From Pyrolobus fumarii 1A (GTDB lineage Archaea; Thermoproteota; Thermoprotei_A; Sulfolobales; Pyrodictiaceae), in the NCBI RefSeq assembly GCF_000223395.1, contig NC_015931.1:420001-452000 (forward strand): a stretch of 32,000 nucleotides of DNA, written 5' to 3'. Each line of letters starts with the position of its first letter. Within the stretch, counting starts at the first letter, position 1. A model generated the notes under the pieces. It saw only the letters and a program-made list of their open reading frames with translations, ran no database searches and had not been told where the DNA came from. A program made the position numbers and the translations under genes. Positions 17,565 through 25,780 of this stretch are shown here, piece by piece.

Positions 17565-18822
17565 GAAACAACCAAGAATGAATTGAAAGCTTCAGCGCGT
17601 AGTAGTGGCGCTCGAGACTCCTTGGCGAGTAGGAAACAACCAAGAATGAATTGAAAGTTCATCACGGTCGGTATGAGTGGGAGCGGCGGGTTTGGGAAAC
17701 AACCAAGAATGAATTGAAAGTCCAGGTGCTCGATGGCCCATAGTGGCGCCTCTACAAGCGCGAATGGAAACAACCAAGAATGAATTGAAAGAAGGATGCG
17801 TTCGAGAACTGATATCGCGTTGTCAATTTCCCTCCGGGGAAACAACCAAGAATGAATTGAAAGGAGAGGAAGGCTGCCCCGGACCTCGTCCGCTCTATCG
17901 TCGATGGAAACAACCAAGAATGAATTGAAAGGCTATCATCGCCTCCAGTTTGGCAATGATTTGGTCAGCCTGTGAAACAACCAAGAATGAATTGAAAGAA
18001 GCTTCTTGTACGTCTCAACGTCGGCCTCAACGCGTATTACTTTCGAAACAACCAAGAATGAATTGAAAGGCGACGTACGCGATGTGTGGCGACTCGTTGA
18101 ACTGTGTGTTCTGCCGAAACAACCAAGAATGAATTGAAAGTACAAACTCGTAGTTCTCTCCGCCACGGTTTATAACGATGAGAAACAACCAAGAATGAAT
18201 TGAAAGTGCCTCGAACCTCGCGGCGGCCCTGTTATGGTTCGTGGCGGTGTGAAACAACCAAGAATGAATTGAAAGAACTATGCTCTGTAGTAGCCTGGGA
18301 AGCTCCGCGCTCATCCCGCGAAACAACCAAGAATGAATTGAAAGTAGTACACGCAATACGGCATTGCACACCCACCACGCGTACACTCTAGAAACAACCA
18401 AGAATGAATTGAAAGTAGTGTGGCACGACAGTGGCTATGACTTAGTGCCGGGCTATAGCCAGAAACAACCAAGAATGAATTGAAAGGTGACACTATACAA
18501 CATCACGGACGTCGTGAAGAGGAGCGTGAAACAACCAAGAATGAATTGAAAGTTAACCCGGCCGCGCGCCGCGACGATCTCGAGATCGCGCCGGCGGAAA
18601 CAACCAAGAATGAATTGAAAGGTGATAAAGTACGGCGCGCAATACGGCACCGGGTTCTGGATTGAAACAACCAAGAATGAATTGAAAGTGATCTCCTGTG
18701 GGTTCGGTTTCTCCACCCTGATCTCGACATCAGAAACAACCAAGAATGAATTGAAAGGTAGCTGAGACCATAGCGTAGCCGGTAGAGTTGTGCCACGGGA
18801 AACAACCAAGAATGAATTGAAG
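17565..18822 (+). CRISPR. CRISPR array 2: 19 repeat units, 18 spacers
   Basis: The repeat is GAAACAACCAAGAATGAATTGAAAG, first at 17565-17589. The terminal unit at 18799-18822 lacks one A (...ATTGAAG). Spacers are 38-47 nt. The leader is on the left, and the ATTGAAAG 3' end is typical of Cas6-processed archaeal repeats. Confidence 0.97.
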
Positions 18823-18894
18823 ATGTTTAGGGTGGCTGGCTTGGTTGGTCTGGTTGCGTCCGCGTGTTTTGCCGGGTGGGTTTCTGCGTTGCGG

Positions 18895-19563
18895 TCATCC
18901 TCTGTAGGGTGTGCACATTCTTGGTACGGGGCTTTCTTGGGGGTCGCCGTCGTAGGTTATTCTCCCGTCTTGGAGTATGATTACGCGTTGGAAGTCTAGC
19001 CCTGGGTCTATATGCGAGGCTATTATCGTTAGCGTGTATCTCTCCTCTGCCTGCTCGGTTATGAACTCGCGTATCGCCCATATGGAGTCGTAGTCTATGC
19101 CGTTGAACGGCTCGTCTATGAGGGCGACGCGGGGTCGCCGCGCGTAGGCGAGTGCTAGTTTCACTCTCTTCCTGTACCCGGTGGAGAGTGTGGCGTACCT
19201 CTCGGCTAGTACCTTCCGGAGCCCCAGGCCCTCGATTACGTCGCTACAGTCGTTGAGGCACGTCATGTCGAGTAGTTGTTCGACTGTGGCGTCTGGCGGC
19301 TCTACACTGTCGAGTAGGAAGCCTAGCCGGAGCTTGGACCATGCCTCCTCGACGCTCAGCCGTTCGCCGCCCACGTTGTATTCTATGCGGCCGCGGTTGG
19401 GTCGCAGCACGCCGGCCATCAGGGAGAGTAGTGTGGACTTCCCGCTGCCGTTCGGCCCCGCGACAAGGACTAGCCTCTCCCCGATCCTCAGCCTGTCGAT
19501 GCGGAGTGTGAAGCGCCCCCTCCTCTTCACGATGTTCTCGAGGAGGATCTCGACGTTGGCCAC
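18895..19563 (-). CDS. ABC transporter ATP-binding protein
   Basis: Walker A reads LVAGPNGSGKSTLL, the signature motif reads LSTGYRKR, and Walker B reads VALIDEPFNGID. Confidence 0.9.
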   Translation of the reverse strand: MANVEILLENIVKRRGRFTLRIDRLRIGERLVLVAGPNGSGKSTLLSLMAGVLRPNRGRIEYNVGGERLSVEEAWSKLRLGFLLDSVEPPDATVEQLLDMTCLNDCSDVIEGLGLRKVLAERYATLSTGYRKRVKLALAYARRPRVALIDEPFNGIDYDSIWAIREFITEQAEERYTLTIIASHIDPGLDFQRVIILQDGRITYDGDPQESPVPRMCTPYRG

Positions 19564-19564
19564 G

Positions 19565-19921
19565 CTACCACCCCGTCCTCGAGACTATAAGCTCGCCTAC
19601 GTGCGCCGTGTAGGGCGGGACACGCGCATGGACTATGATGATCGTCGGCGAGTGTGTGTAGGCGCTCGTGACGCACCCCAAGCCGGATAGGACTTTGACG
19701 CTGGTGTTCGCGTGGGCTTGTGGGCCGCCAGCCCAGACTAGGGTTATGTTCGCGCCGCTAACGCCGTGGAAGCATACGGTGTACCTACCGGCGCCGAGCC
19801 ACGCGCGGTACACGTACACCGCGTCGACGCTATAGGGCAGCAGGAGCTGCTCGACCGCGACCCTCGCCTCTAGCGGCGCGCACACCACAGCGACGCTGGC
19901 CGCCAGGGCCGCGAGCACCAC
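19565..19921 (-). CDS. Small exported protein, unknown function
   Basis: It has a hydrophobic N-terminus, VLAALAASVAVVCAPL. It is 1 nt from the ATPase gene and on the same strand, as part of the operon. Confidence 0.45.
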   Translation of the reverse strand: MVLAALAASVAVVCAPLEARVAVEQLLLPYSVDAVYVYRAWLGAGRYTVCFHGVSGANITLVWAGGPQAHANTSVKVLSGLGCVTSAYTHSPTIIIVHARVPPYTAHVGELIVSRTGW

Positions 19922-19958
19922 CAGGTACTGGGCCAGGAGTATCCTCGCGTAGCGCCTC

Positions 19959-20717
19959 CTAACCGCGCGCCTTGAGCCTCACCACCCCCGCCACACAGAG
20001 GAGCACGAGGATGCCCGCGAGTAGGGGGTAGGCTAGGGGGCTGGTCTCGCTGGGAAGCGAGAAGAGGGCCGTGAAGAAACGCTCGTTTGCAGCAAACCCC
20101 GCGAGGCTGTCGAGCACGATGAGGAGCACTGTGAGCGCCATCAGCGAGAGGATGGCTAGACCCCTATCACCCACGTGGAGCGCCAGGGCCGTACCGGCGA
20201 GCAGCCCGGCGATACCGGCTCTCAACGCGCCCCAGAAGGCGGCAGCCACGTCACCAACCACGCCGAGATACACGCGCAGAACGAGTAGCAGCGCGAGACC
20301 GCTGGCGGCCGACGCTGGCACCAGGACGCCAGCCACGTATAGCATTATGCGGGCTAGGCCCCGGAGCCTACCCCCAGCAGCAACCATATCGAGGAACACA
20401 TAGCCCCTCTCGACTCCACCCCCGAGGGCGAACACCACGTAGAAACCAGCCGCCAGGAACACCAGCAGAAGCACCAGGTCGACATAGCTCCTGGCTAGTG
20501 GGGACTCAAGCGTCAACGGCCTCTCCAGGAGAGTCTCCAACACGAGCTGCGGAGCGGCCCCCGTGCCGGTAGCGTTGAAGAGCATCCTAACCCCCATGTA
20601 CCCGCGGAGAGTATAGAGGAACACCAGGAGAGGCGCCGCCACCATCAACGCGAGGAGACCGGTGCAAACCCTGCACCTCCCCAGCGAGACGAGCACATAC
20701 GCCACGCCCATACTCAC
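19959..20717 (-). CDS. Polytopic membrane protein, probable ABC permease component
   Basis: It has at least 6 hydrophobic helices throughout and overlaps the upstream gene by 4 nt. Confidence 0.6.
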   Translation of the reverse strand: MSMGVAYVLVSLGRCRVCTGLLALMVAAPLLVFLYTLRGYMGVRMLFNATGTGAAPQLVLETLLERPLTLESPLARSYVDLVLLLVFLAAGFYVVFALGGGVERGYVFLDMVAAGGRLRGLARIMLYVAGVLVPASAASGLALLLVLRVYLGVVGDVAAAFWGALRAGIAGLLAGTALALHVGDRGLAILSLMALTVLLIVLDSLAGFAANERFFTALFSLPSETSPLAYPLLAGILVLLCVAGVVRLKARG

Positions 20718-21514
20718 CCCCTAGCCCTCCTCAACACGAGGAAGGCCGCGACCGGTATAGCAGCTAGACCGAGGAGCTTGACCAGCCCACCCCAGTCTAT
20801 GTAGTGTACCGGCTCGCACACGCCACCAACTCTGCTCGCGTTAATCCCCACCATATCCAGCTCAATATCAATCACGTGAACACCATCCGGCATCACAATC
20901 TTCGCGCGAACACTGATCGGATAGACATCCGAGCCATACGCAGCAGACAATAAGTCGTTAGCCTCAACAAGCCAGATGTTGATGACAGTATCATTATCTA
21001 GGATGAGATCATTACATGTGATGCTAACTCTCTTACCCTGATAAACAAGCCCCATATCGTTAATGGTGTAGTTCAGCACTAATGTGGTGTAAATTGGTGT
21101 GAAGCCTACGAAGATAGGCTCCAGTAGAGCTGTGTTGTTGAAGACCGTTAGCCATGCATAGTTAAACCTCTTGTACACCATGAGTGAGACGAGCTTCGCC
21201 GATACGTTGTTAGCGGGCGATAGCCACACCTCAAGATGCGTCCCGTTAACCTCCCTAACATTCACTCTGCACAAACTCTCGTAGCTCCATAGCACGTCGT
21301 ACACATTACCTGCCTCTACCCTAACAATATTATCATTGACGGAGGGAACCATATAATCTATCCAACACCAGTATAACTTACCATAATGCATTATGCGTAT
21401 GTCGGATACGCCTATTGCTGGATGTGAATGTGGCAACAGCAAAGCAGTAATGAAAAACAAAATGTTAATTGGCAGAGTTGCGTAGTGCACCCTCAGACAC
21501 GGCATAGCATACAC
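20714..21514 (-). CDS. Exported protein with N-terminal signal/TM and C-terminal TM anchor, many N-x-S/T sequons
   Basis: The N-terminal hydrophobic segment is INILFFITALLL. The C-terminal anchor is LLGLAAIPVAAFLVLRRARG. Sequons present include NVS, NNT, NYT, NDT and NAS. The gene is AT-rich relative to its downstream partners. Confidence 0.55.
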   Translation of the reverse strand: MYAMPCLRVHYATLPINILFFITALLLPHSHPAIGVSDIRIMHYGKLYWCWIDYMVPSVNDNIVRVEAGNVYDVLWSYESLCRVNVREVNGTHLEVWLSPANNVSAKLVSLMVYKRFNYAWLTVFNNTALLEPIFVGFTPIYTTLVLNYTINDMGLVYQGKRVSITCNDLILDNDTVINIWLVEANDLLSAAYGSDVYPISVRAKIVMPDGVHVIDIELDMVGINASRVGGVCEPVHYIDWGGLVKLLGLAAIPVAAFLVLRRARG

Positions 21515-21516
21515 CT

Positions 21517-22176
21517 CTAGACTCTCGACTTGGGTACATAGGCAATAGCCTTCAGAGAGTGCGGGAACGTCTCTTTATCGTCGCATGATATCCACCAAGT
21601 GCAATGTGTCACCTTATACTTGGCCTTGCCCTTTGCAACGAACTTATACCAATCACCATCTTTGTACTTTCTTAGATCAAAGCTGGTCTCCAATACTGTT
21701 ATGTCGTACTTCTCGAAGCATGTAAGGGAGCACCAGGATTTTGTTCGGTAGCCTAGGCCTCCCGAGATGTATATGAACTTGCCTCGAGACTCGTCGTAGT
21801 CGCCGTAGATGGCTATGGCAGTGGCTGCGTACGCATTGCCCTTCGGGATGTGCACCTTTACAGTTACACCCTTCCTTATCGTTACGGTGATCGTCACTGG
21901 GTCCTCGACATAGCTGGTCTGTGCTTTGCTCTCGGCCAGCTTCTTGACGCTATAGACAGCTGGACCAGCAGCACCAAGTGTCGCAACCGCAAGGATGGAC
22001 GTGAACACGAGTATTGTCAAGACGAATCCCGGTATAATCGGGCGACGCGCGTACATGGCTTCTGTACCATTTGCGCCCTCCGGGAAGGGCGTGTATGTAT
22101 ATATCTGAACGGCTCTGTGTAGGCGAGCGCCGTTTTCAGCATGGAGCGCCCCTATACGGCGAGTATCTCTGCACAC
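21517..22176 (-). CDS. Membrane-anchored exported protein, unknown function
   Basis: The likely start is the Met at about 22056 (MYARRPIIPGFVLTILVFTSILAV), with a minus-sense ATATATACATA box about 40-50 nt upstream. It is the first gene of the operon. Confidence 0.5.
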   Translation of the reverse strand: MCRDTRRIGALHAENGARLHRAVQIYTYTPFPEGANGTEAMYARRPIIPGFVLTILVFTSILAVATLGAAGPAVYSVKKLAESKAQTSYVEDPVTITVTIRKGVTVKVHIPKGNAYAATAIAIYGDYDESRGKFIYISGGLGYRTKSWCSLTCFEKYDITVLETSFDLRKYKDGDWYKFVAKGKAKYKVTHCTWWISCDDKETFPHSLKAIAYVPKSRV

Positions 22177-22527
22177 GTGTAAAGGAGGATCGTGGCATTA
22201 TGCGTACTGTCATCCTCCGCCACGTATATGGCTGGGTCTTTGGGGCATAGCAGGGTGTGTATATCGTATAATTATCAATTATGCTATATCGTATAGCATT
22301 CTATTTGAGTGTGCGGGCTATGAGTCGAGTATTGTTTCGTACGTCTTTTCCTTGTAGGCGTTCATCGCGGGATAAGCATGTTGCAGGCTGCTGTAAACAA
22401 TGCTATACACCTTCGCGGGGCCAACCCCGAGTATAGTGTTTGTATCGTAAAGCCGCTGACGGTAGTCTAGAGCGGGTGGGATGCATGGCATCATCTCTGT
22501 CGCTAGCTGCGAGGGCGTCGCACGCCG

Positions 22528-24252
22528 TCACTGTGTGGTGTAGGGTAGCCTGGTTGTTAGTTTCTCGATTTTCACTGTTCTCTCGTCACCCTCAATTATT
22601 AGGGAGGCGTTGGAATCTTTCAATATCGTTGCTAGTATCGCGATGAGTTGAGCCGCGCCCGCTAATATGCGCAGGGCTTCTGTGATATCGCTTGTGTCGG
22701 CTTGGATCACTGTCTTTCCGGCGTTTGGTGTTAATAGTATGGCGCAGCCAGTGTCAGCCTCGCGCCAGGCGTTGAACGCTCCTTTATCGTTAGTCGCTAG
22801 TATGGTCTTTCCCCGGGCGCTTACCAGCATGTTTGCCTCGCATGTGCCGTGGCCCTCGACCCCCTGCTCTAGGAGCGCTTCGGCGGCCATGGAGGCTATG
22901 CCGGAGAGCACAGCCTTGATATCGCTTGTAGAGCGTTTAGCCGCCTCCATGTAGTTGGACAGCGCCTCTCGGTATGCGCACGCCGGGAACCGTAGCACGT
23001 TGGGCTCTCCCCTCCTCCCGCTTAGGGCCATTCTCCACGCTAGCTCGTAGATGTCGTTGTGTGCGCCGAGATAGGCTAGGTTGGTATCCCCCCACACGCG
23101 GTACCCTTTCCCGAGACTAGACTCGAGTATATCAACGAGGCTGGCGTGCTTCTTCACGAACTCCGGACAATTGGCATGCTCGCTCACCACTAGCCTCCAT
23201 AGCCCCGCGGCGACCGGCAGCTCCCGGAGCAACCCGAGCCACTTCCGGAAGCCATCGTCTTCGCAGGTGTTTCTCCCTCCATGCCCAGCGATAGGGTACG
23301 ACGCGCTGTAGAGTGTGCAAGCCGCGTCCTCGCTCTTAAAGAGCGTGTGCAGCTCCACACTGACAGTCTCCGGCTCGAAACCAAGCCCCTTCACTGTCAA
23401 CACGTGGATGCGTTGCACACCACTGCTCCTCTCACCCACCTCGATGTAGACTCTAGCCTCGTCTCTTGCTACCGAGTTCAGCAGCTGGTGCACAAGCCCC
23501 ACAGCTGTGTTGAGCGGTTGGAAGCCCCGGCCTCTCCTATACGAGAGTGACTCGAGGCGCTTGGGTACACGTATGCGCGTGGGGCTGGGGCTGGCTGCTT
23601 GACGCGATCCACTCACGATATCGAAGATGACTGGTTTTGCGAGGAGCCTTGGCACTCTCGGGTAGAAGCCCGTCTCGTCACTCACTGCCCACCAACCGAC
23701 CAGCCTATCAACGCCGTGCGACGAGGTGTACGTCAGTAACAGTTGGTGGCTACTAGCCGCCCTCACAGATATGGAGGCCGCTGTAGAGGCTATCGAGGAC
23801 ATCAGCTTAGTCCCGCCGGTGACATCGACTATAACGTCGTGCCCATTTTGCAGCTCTCGTTTCAATGTGCCCTGGAGCTCCTGGACAACCCCTCCGGGGT
23901 CACGCACAGCATGCGTCATCAGCTCGTCGATCACCACATTAGGCCCGCCCTCTATGAGCGCATCTAGCCTCCTCCTAGCATCCTCGGCGTACCTCCGCGA
24001 CACGTTAGTGGCCAGCAGCACCGCCCTATCATACCCTAGGACCTCGTAGGCAGCCGCTAATACTGATGTTATGGCGGCGGCGTTCGTGCCCACGGTGGCA
24101 TACAGGACTCGGCCCACGCGTATAGCCCCAGCCTTAACGCTACACACCCGCATATAACCATACTTAGGCTCTCCGCACAAGCGCCAAACCAGCATATACG
24201 CGTTGAGAGCTACCCGCCGCCTGGCCTCAGCACACGGGCCTGTTGTGCACAC
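22528..24252 (-). CDS. CARF-domain protein with C-terminal PIN-like nuclease domain
   Basis: CARF-like signatures are VLYATVGTNAAAI and DVIVDVTGGTKLMSSIA, at about aa 48-157. PIN-like motifs VWGDTN (D389), YREAL (E429), CEANMLVSA (E472) and ILATNDKGAF (D489) occur in canonical order. The probable start is the internal Met at nt 24153. Confidence 0.6.
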   Translation of the reverse strand: MCTTGPCAEARRRVALNAYMLVWRLCGEPKYGYMRVCSVKAGAIRVGRVLYATVGTNAAAITSVLAAAYEVLGYDRAVLLATNVSRRYAEDARRRLDALIEGGPNVVIDELMTHAVRDPGGVVQELQGTLKRELQNGHDVIVDVTGGTKLMSSIASTAASISVRAASSHQLLLTYTSSHGVDRLVGWWAVSDETGFYPRVPRLLAKPVIFDIVSGSRQAASPSPTRIRVPKRLESLSYRRGRGFQPLNTAVGLVHQLLNSVARDEARVYIEVGERSSGVQRIHVLTVKGLGFEPETVSVELHTLFKSEDAACTLYSASYPIAGHGGRNTCEDDGFRKWLGLLRELPVAAGLWRLVVSEHANCPEFVKKHASLVDILESSLGKGYRVWGDTNLAYLGAHNDIYELAWRMALSGRRGEPNVLRFPACAYREALSNYMEAAKRSTSDIKAVLSGIASMAAEALLEQGVEGHGTCEANMLVSARGKTILATNDKGAFNAWREADTGCAILLTPNAGKTVIQADTSDITEALRILAGAAQLIAILATILKDSNASLIIEGDERTVKIEKLTTRLPYTTQ

Positions 24253-24265
24253 AGGCCTGCGGGGT

Positions 24266-24706
24266 CTAGAGCTCCTCGGGCGTCGTGATGTGCTCCTCTG
24301 GGAGCTTGTGTCTACGGATGAACTCCACTAGGCTGTCGTCTATGGTTAGTAGTGTCAGGTTGTTCGCCAGGGCTATCGAGTATAGGAGGTTGTCCACCAT
24401 ATCCCGGTGTCCCATCATGTACATGCGTATGGCTTGCTCCACAGCCTCGGCCGTCATGGGGGCGTGCGACATGCTATCCCGGATAGCCTGGACGCCCTCA
24501 ACAACCCTCTGGATGTCCCCCGCCGGTCTACCCCTCAAGACCTTCACTATCTTCCAGAGGGCTTCCAGCAGGCTAATCTCACTATAGTACAGCTCGTGGC
24601 CGGCCAGCCTCGGAAGCGCCCTCATGACCCTCTGTGAGGTTTCGAAGCCCAGCACCGGTAGGAGGAAAGAAGTGTCAAGTAGTAGACGCAAGCCTCTCCT
24701 GCTCAC
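24266..24706 (-). CDS. vapC: PIN-domain toxin (VapC)
   Basis: The N-terminus reads LRLLLDTSFLLPVLG and the C-terminus reads LLTIDDSLVEF. It overlaps the upstream AbrB-type gene. Confidence 0.8.
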   Translation of the reverse strand: MSRRGLRLLLDTSFLLPVLGFETSQRVMRALPRLAGHELYYSEISLLEALWKIVKVLRGRPAGDIQRVVEGVQAIRDSMSHAPMTAEAVEQAIRMYMMGHRDMVDNLLYSIALANNLTLLTIDDSLVEFIRRHKLPEEHITTPEEL

Positions 24707-24935
24707 GGAGGCTCTCCTCCTCCACGTCCTCCGCCGGTATGTAGCCTATCCTCCTCCCATGCAGAGCGAGCCAGAGCGCGTCGCGAACCGGCTCGATGAT
24801 TATCCGGCCGTCCTCAGCCCGGATCCTAACCCGCTGCCCCTCAACCAACCCCACCGCCTCCGCAACAGCCTTGGGTATCACAACCACCCTCTTCCTCCCA
24901 ACCCGCGTCTCGACAACAACGCCCACCACAATCAC
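24675..24935 (-). CDS. vapB: AbrB/SpoVT-type antitoxin (VapB)
   Basis: RVVVIPKAVAEAVGLVEGQRVRIRAEDGRIIIEPV is a typical swapped-hairpin AbrB/MazE motif. Confidence 0.8.
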   Translation of the reverse strand: MIVVGVVVETRVGRKRVVVIPKAVAEAVGLVEGQRVRIRAEDGRIIIEPVRDALWLALHGRRIGYIPAEDVEEESLREQERLASTT

Positions 24936-24989
24936 CCAACAGAAAGACGACAGTCAAACCGCCAAATAAGAGTCCAACCCGCCTAGGAG

Positions 24990-25388
24990 GGCAGAACACC
25001 ACAATCATGACACCCTGTGGACGCATCCTCGGGGCAACGTGGTAACCCGCCAGCCCCACCGTTAGCAGATAGGCGCCCCGTGCAGCCAGGCTATGAGGTA
25101 CGCATCGATAGCCCTGCACCCTATTGCCGACGCTACCCTGAAGCCTCCTCGTCGACACTCCTACAGGGGCCCAGCACCCCGCGATTCCGGCCACCAGTCT
25201 CTCGGTAACGTCCCTCGGGTCGCAACACACTAGCAGCCCCGCGATCCCCGCCTTGGAGAGTAGGGGCTCGCACATGGCGAGGCCATCCACCCTCATGAAG
25301 AGTGTCTCGGCGAGCTTCGACCCGCGCCCGCCCCAACGTTGAACAAGTCGAACCCTAGAGGAGCGTCTATGACGACCGACCGGGTCAT
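24990..25388 (-). pseudogene. vapC: Frameshifted PIN (vapC) remnant
   Basis: The ATG at 25388-25386 overlaps the DUF104 stop as ATGA. It opens MTRSVVIDAPLGFDLFNVGAGAG and then stops at 25293. The sequence continues plausibly in another frame (GSKLAETLFMRVDGLAMCEPLLSKAGIAGLLV...). The 3' limit is uncertain. Confidence 0.45.
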
Positions 25389-25609
25389 CTCCTCTCGCTC
25401 ACAAACTCCTCTATAGCCTCCGGCGGCAGCCTCACACCAAACCTCCCCCTATAACACCACACAGGCTCAACGATACCCTCCTCAACCCTCCTGATCCCCA
25501 CCAGCACCTCTCTCCTCCCGCAACTCGGCTTCCCAAGCGGCTTCAACACGCCACCCTCAAACCGAGCCCTCACGACCCTAGCCACACTCCCCTCGCGTAA
25601 TCTACGCAA
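25385..25609 (-). CDS. vapB: DUF104/AF2212-like VapB-type antitoxin
   Basis: It carries the VVRARFEGGVLKPLGKP hallmark and is coupled by ATGA to the PIN remnant. Confidence 0.7.
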   Translation of the reverse strand: MRRLREGSVARVVRARFEGGVLKPLGKPSCGRREVLVGIRRVEEGIVEPVWCYRGRFGVRLPPEAIEEFVSERR

Positions 25610-25780
25610 TCATAATAGAAGTCTATCAGGTTATGCTCCCATGCAAACTCCTCTTGCACAAGGAGCTTATCGCGCCCTCTGTCGTCATGCGGGGCGTGTT
25701 AACCGGTATAAGCATCGATATAGTGTCGTGCCCTGTCTTCCATCTACAACTCGGCTGGCGCTTCTAGGAGGCGTTTAGGA

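Noticed and set aside
17489-18999. ORFs across array 2 on both strands with recurring ETTKNELK, LSIHSWLF and FQFILGCF, including 18790-18999, which starts inside the last repeat.
   Set aside because: These are the same repeat-translation artefact, and 18895 onward is antisense to the ABC ATPase gene.
19181-19690. A 169-aa + strand ORF.
   Set aside because: It is antisense to the ABC ATPase gene, which has unambiguous Walker A, signature and Walker B motifs.
24841-25296. A 151-aa minus-strand ORF.
   Set aside because: It is a composite. Its first part is the out-of-frame continuation of the vapC remnant. Its last ~30 codons run through the AbrB-type vapB gene in another frame, giving a G/C-rich nonsense tail.
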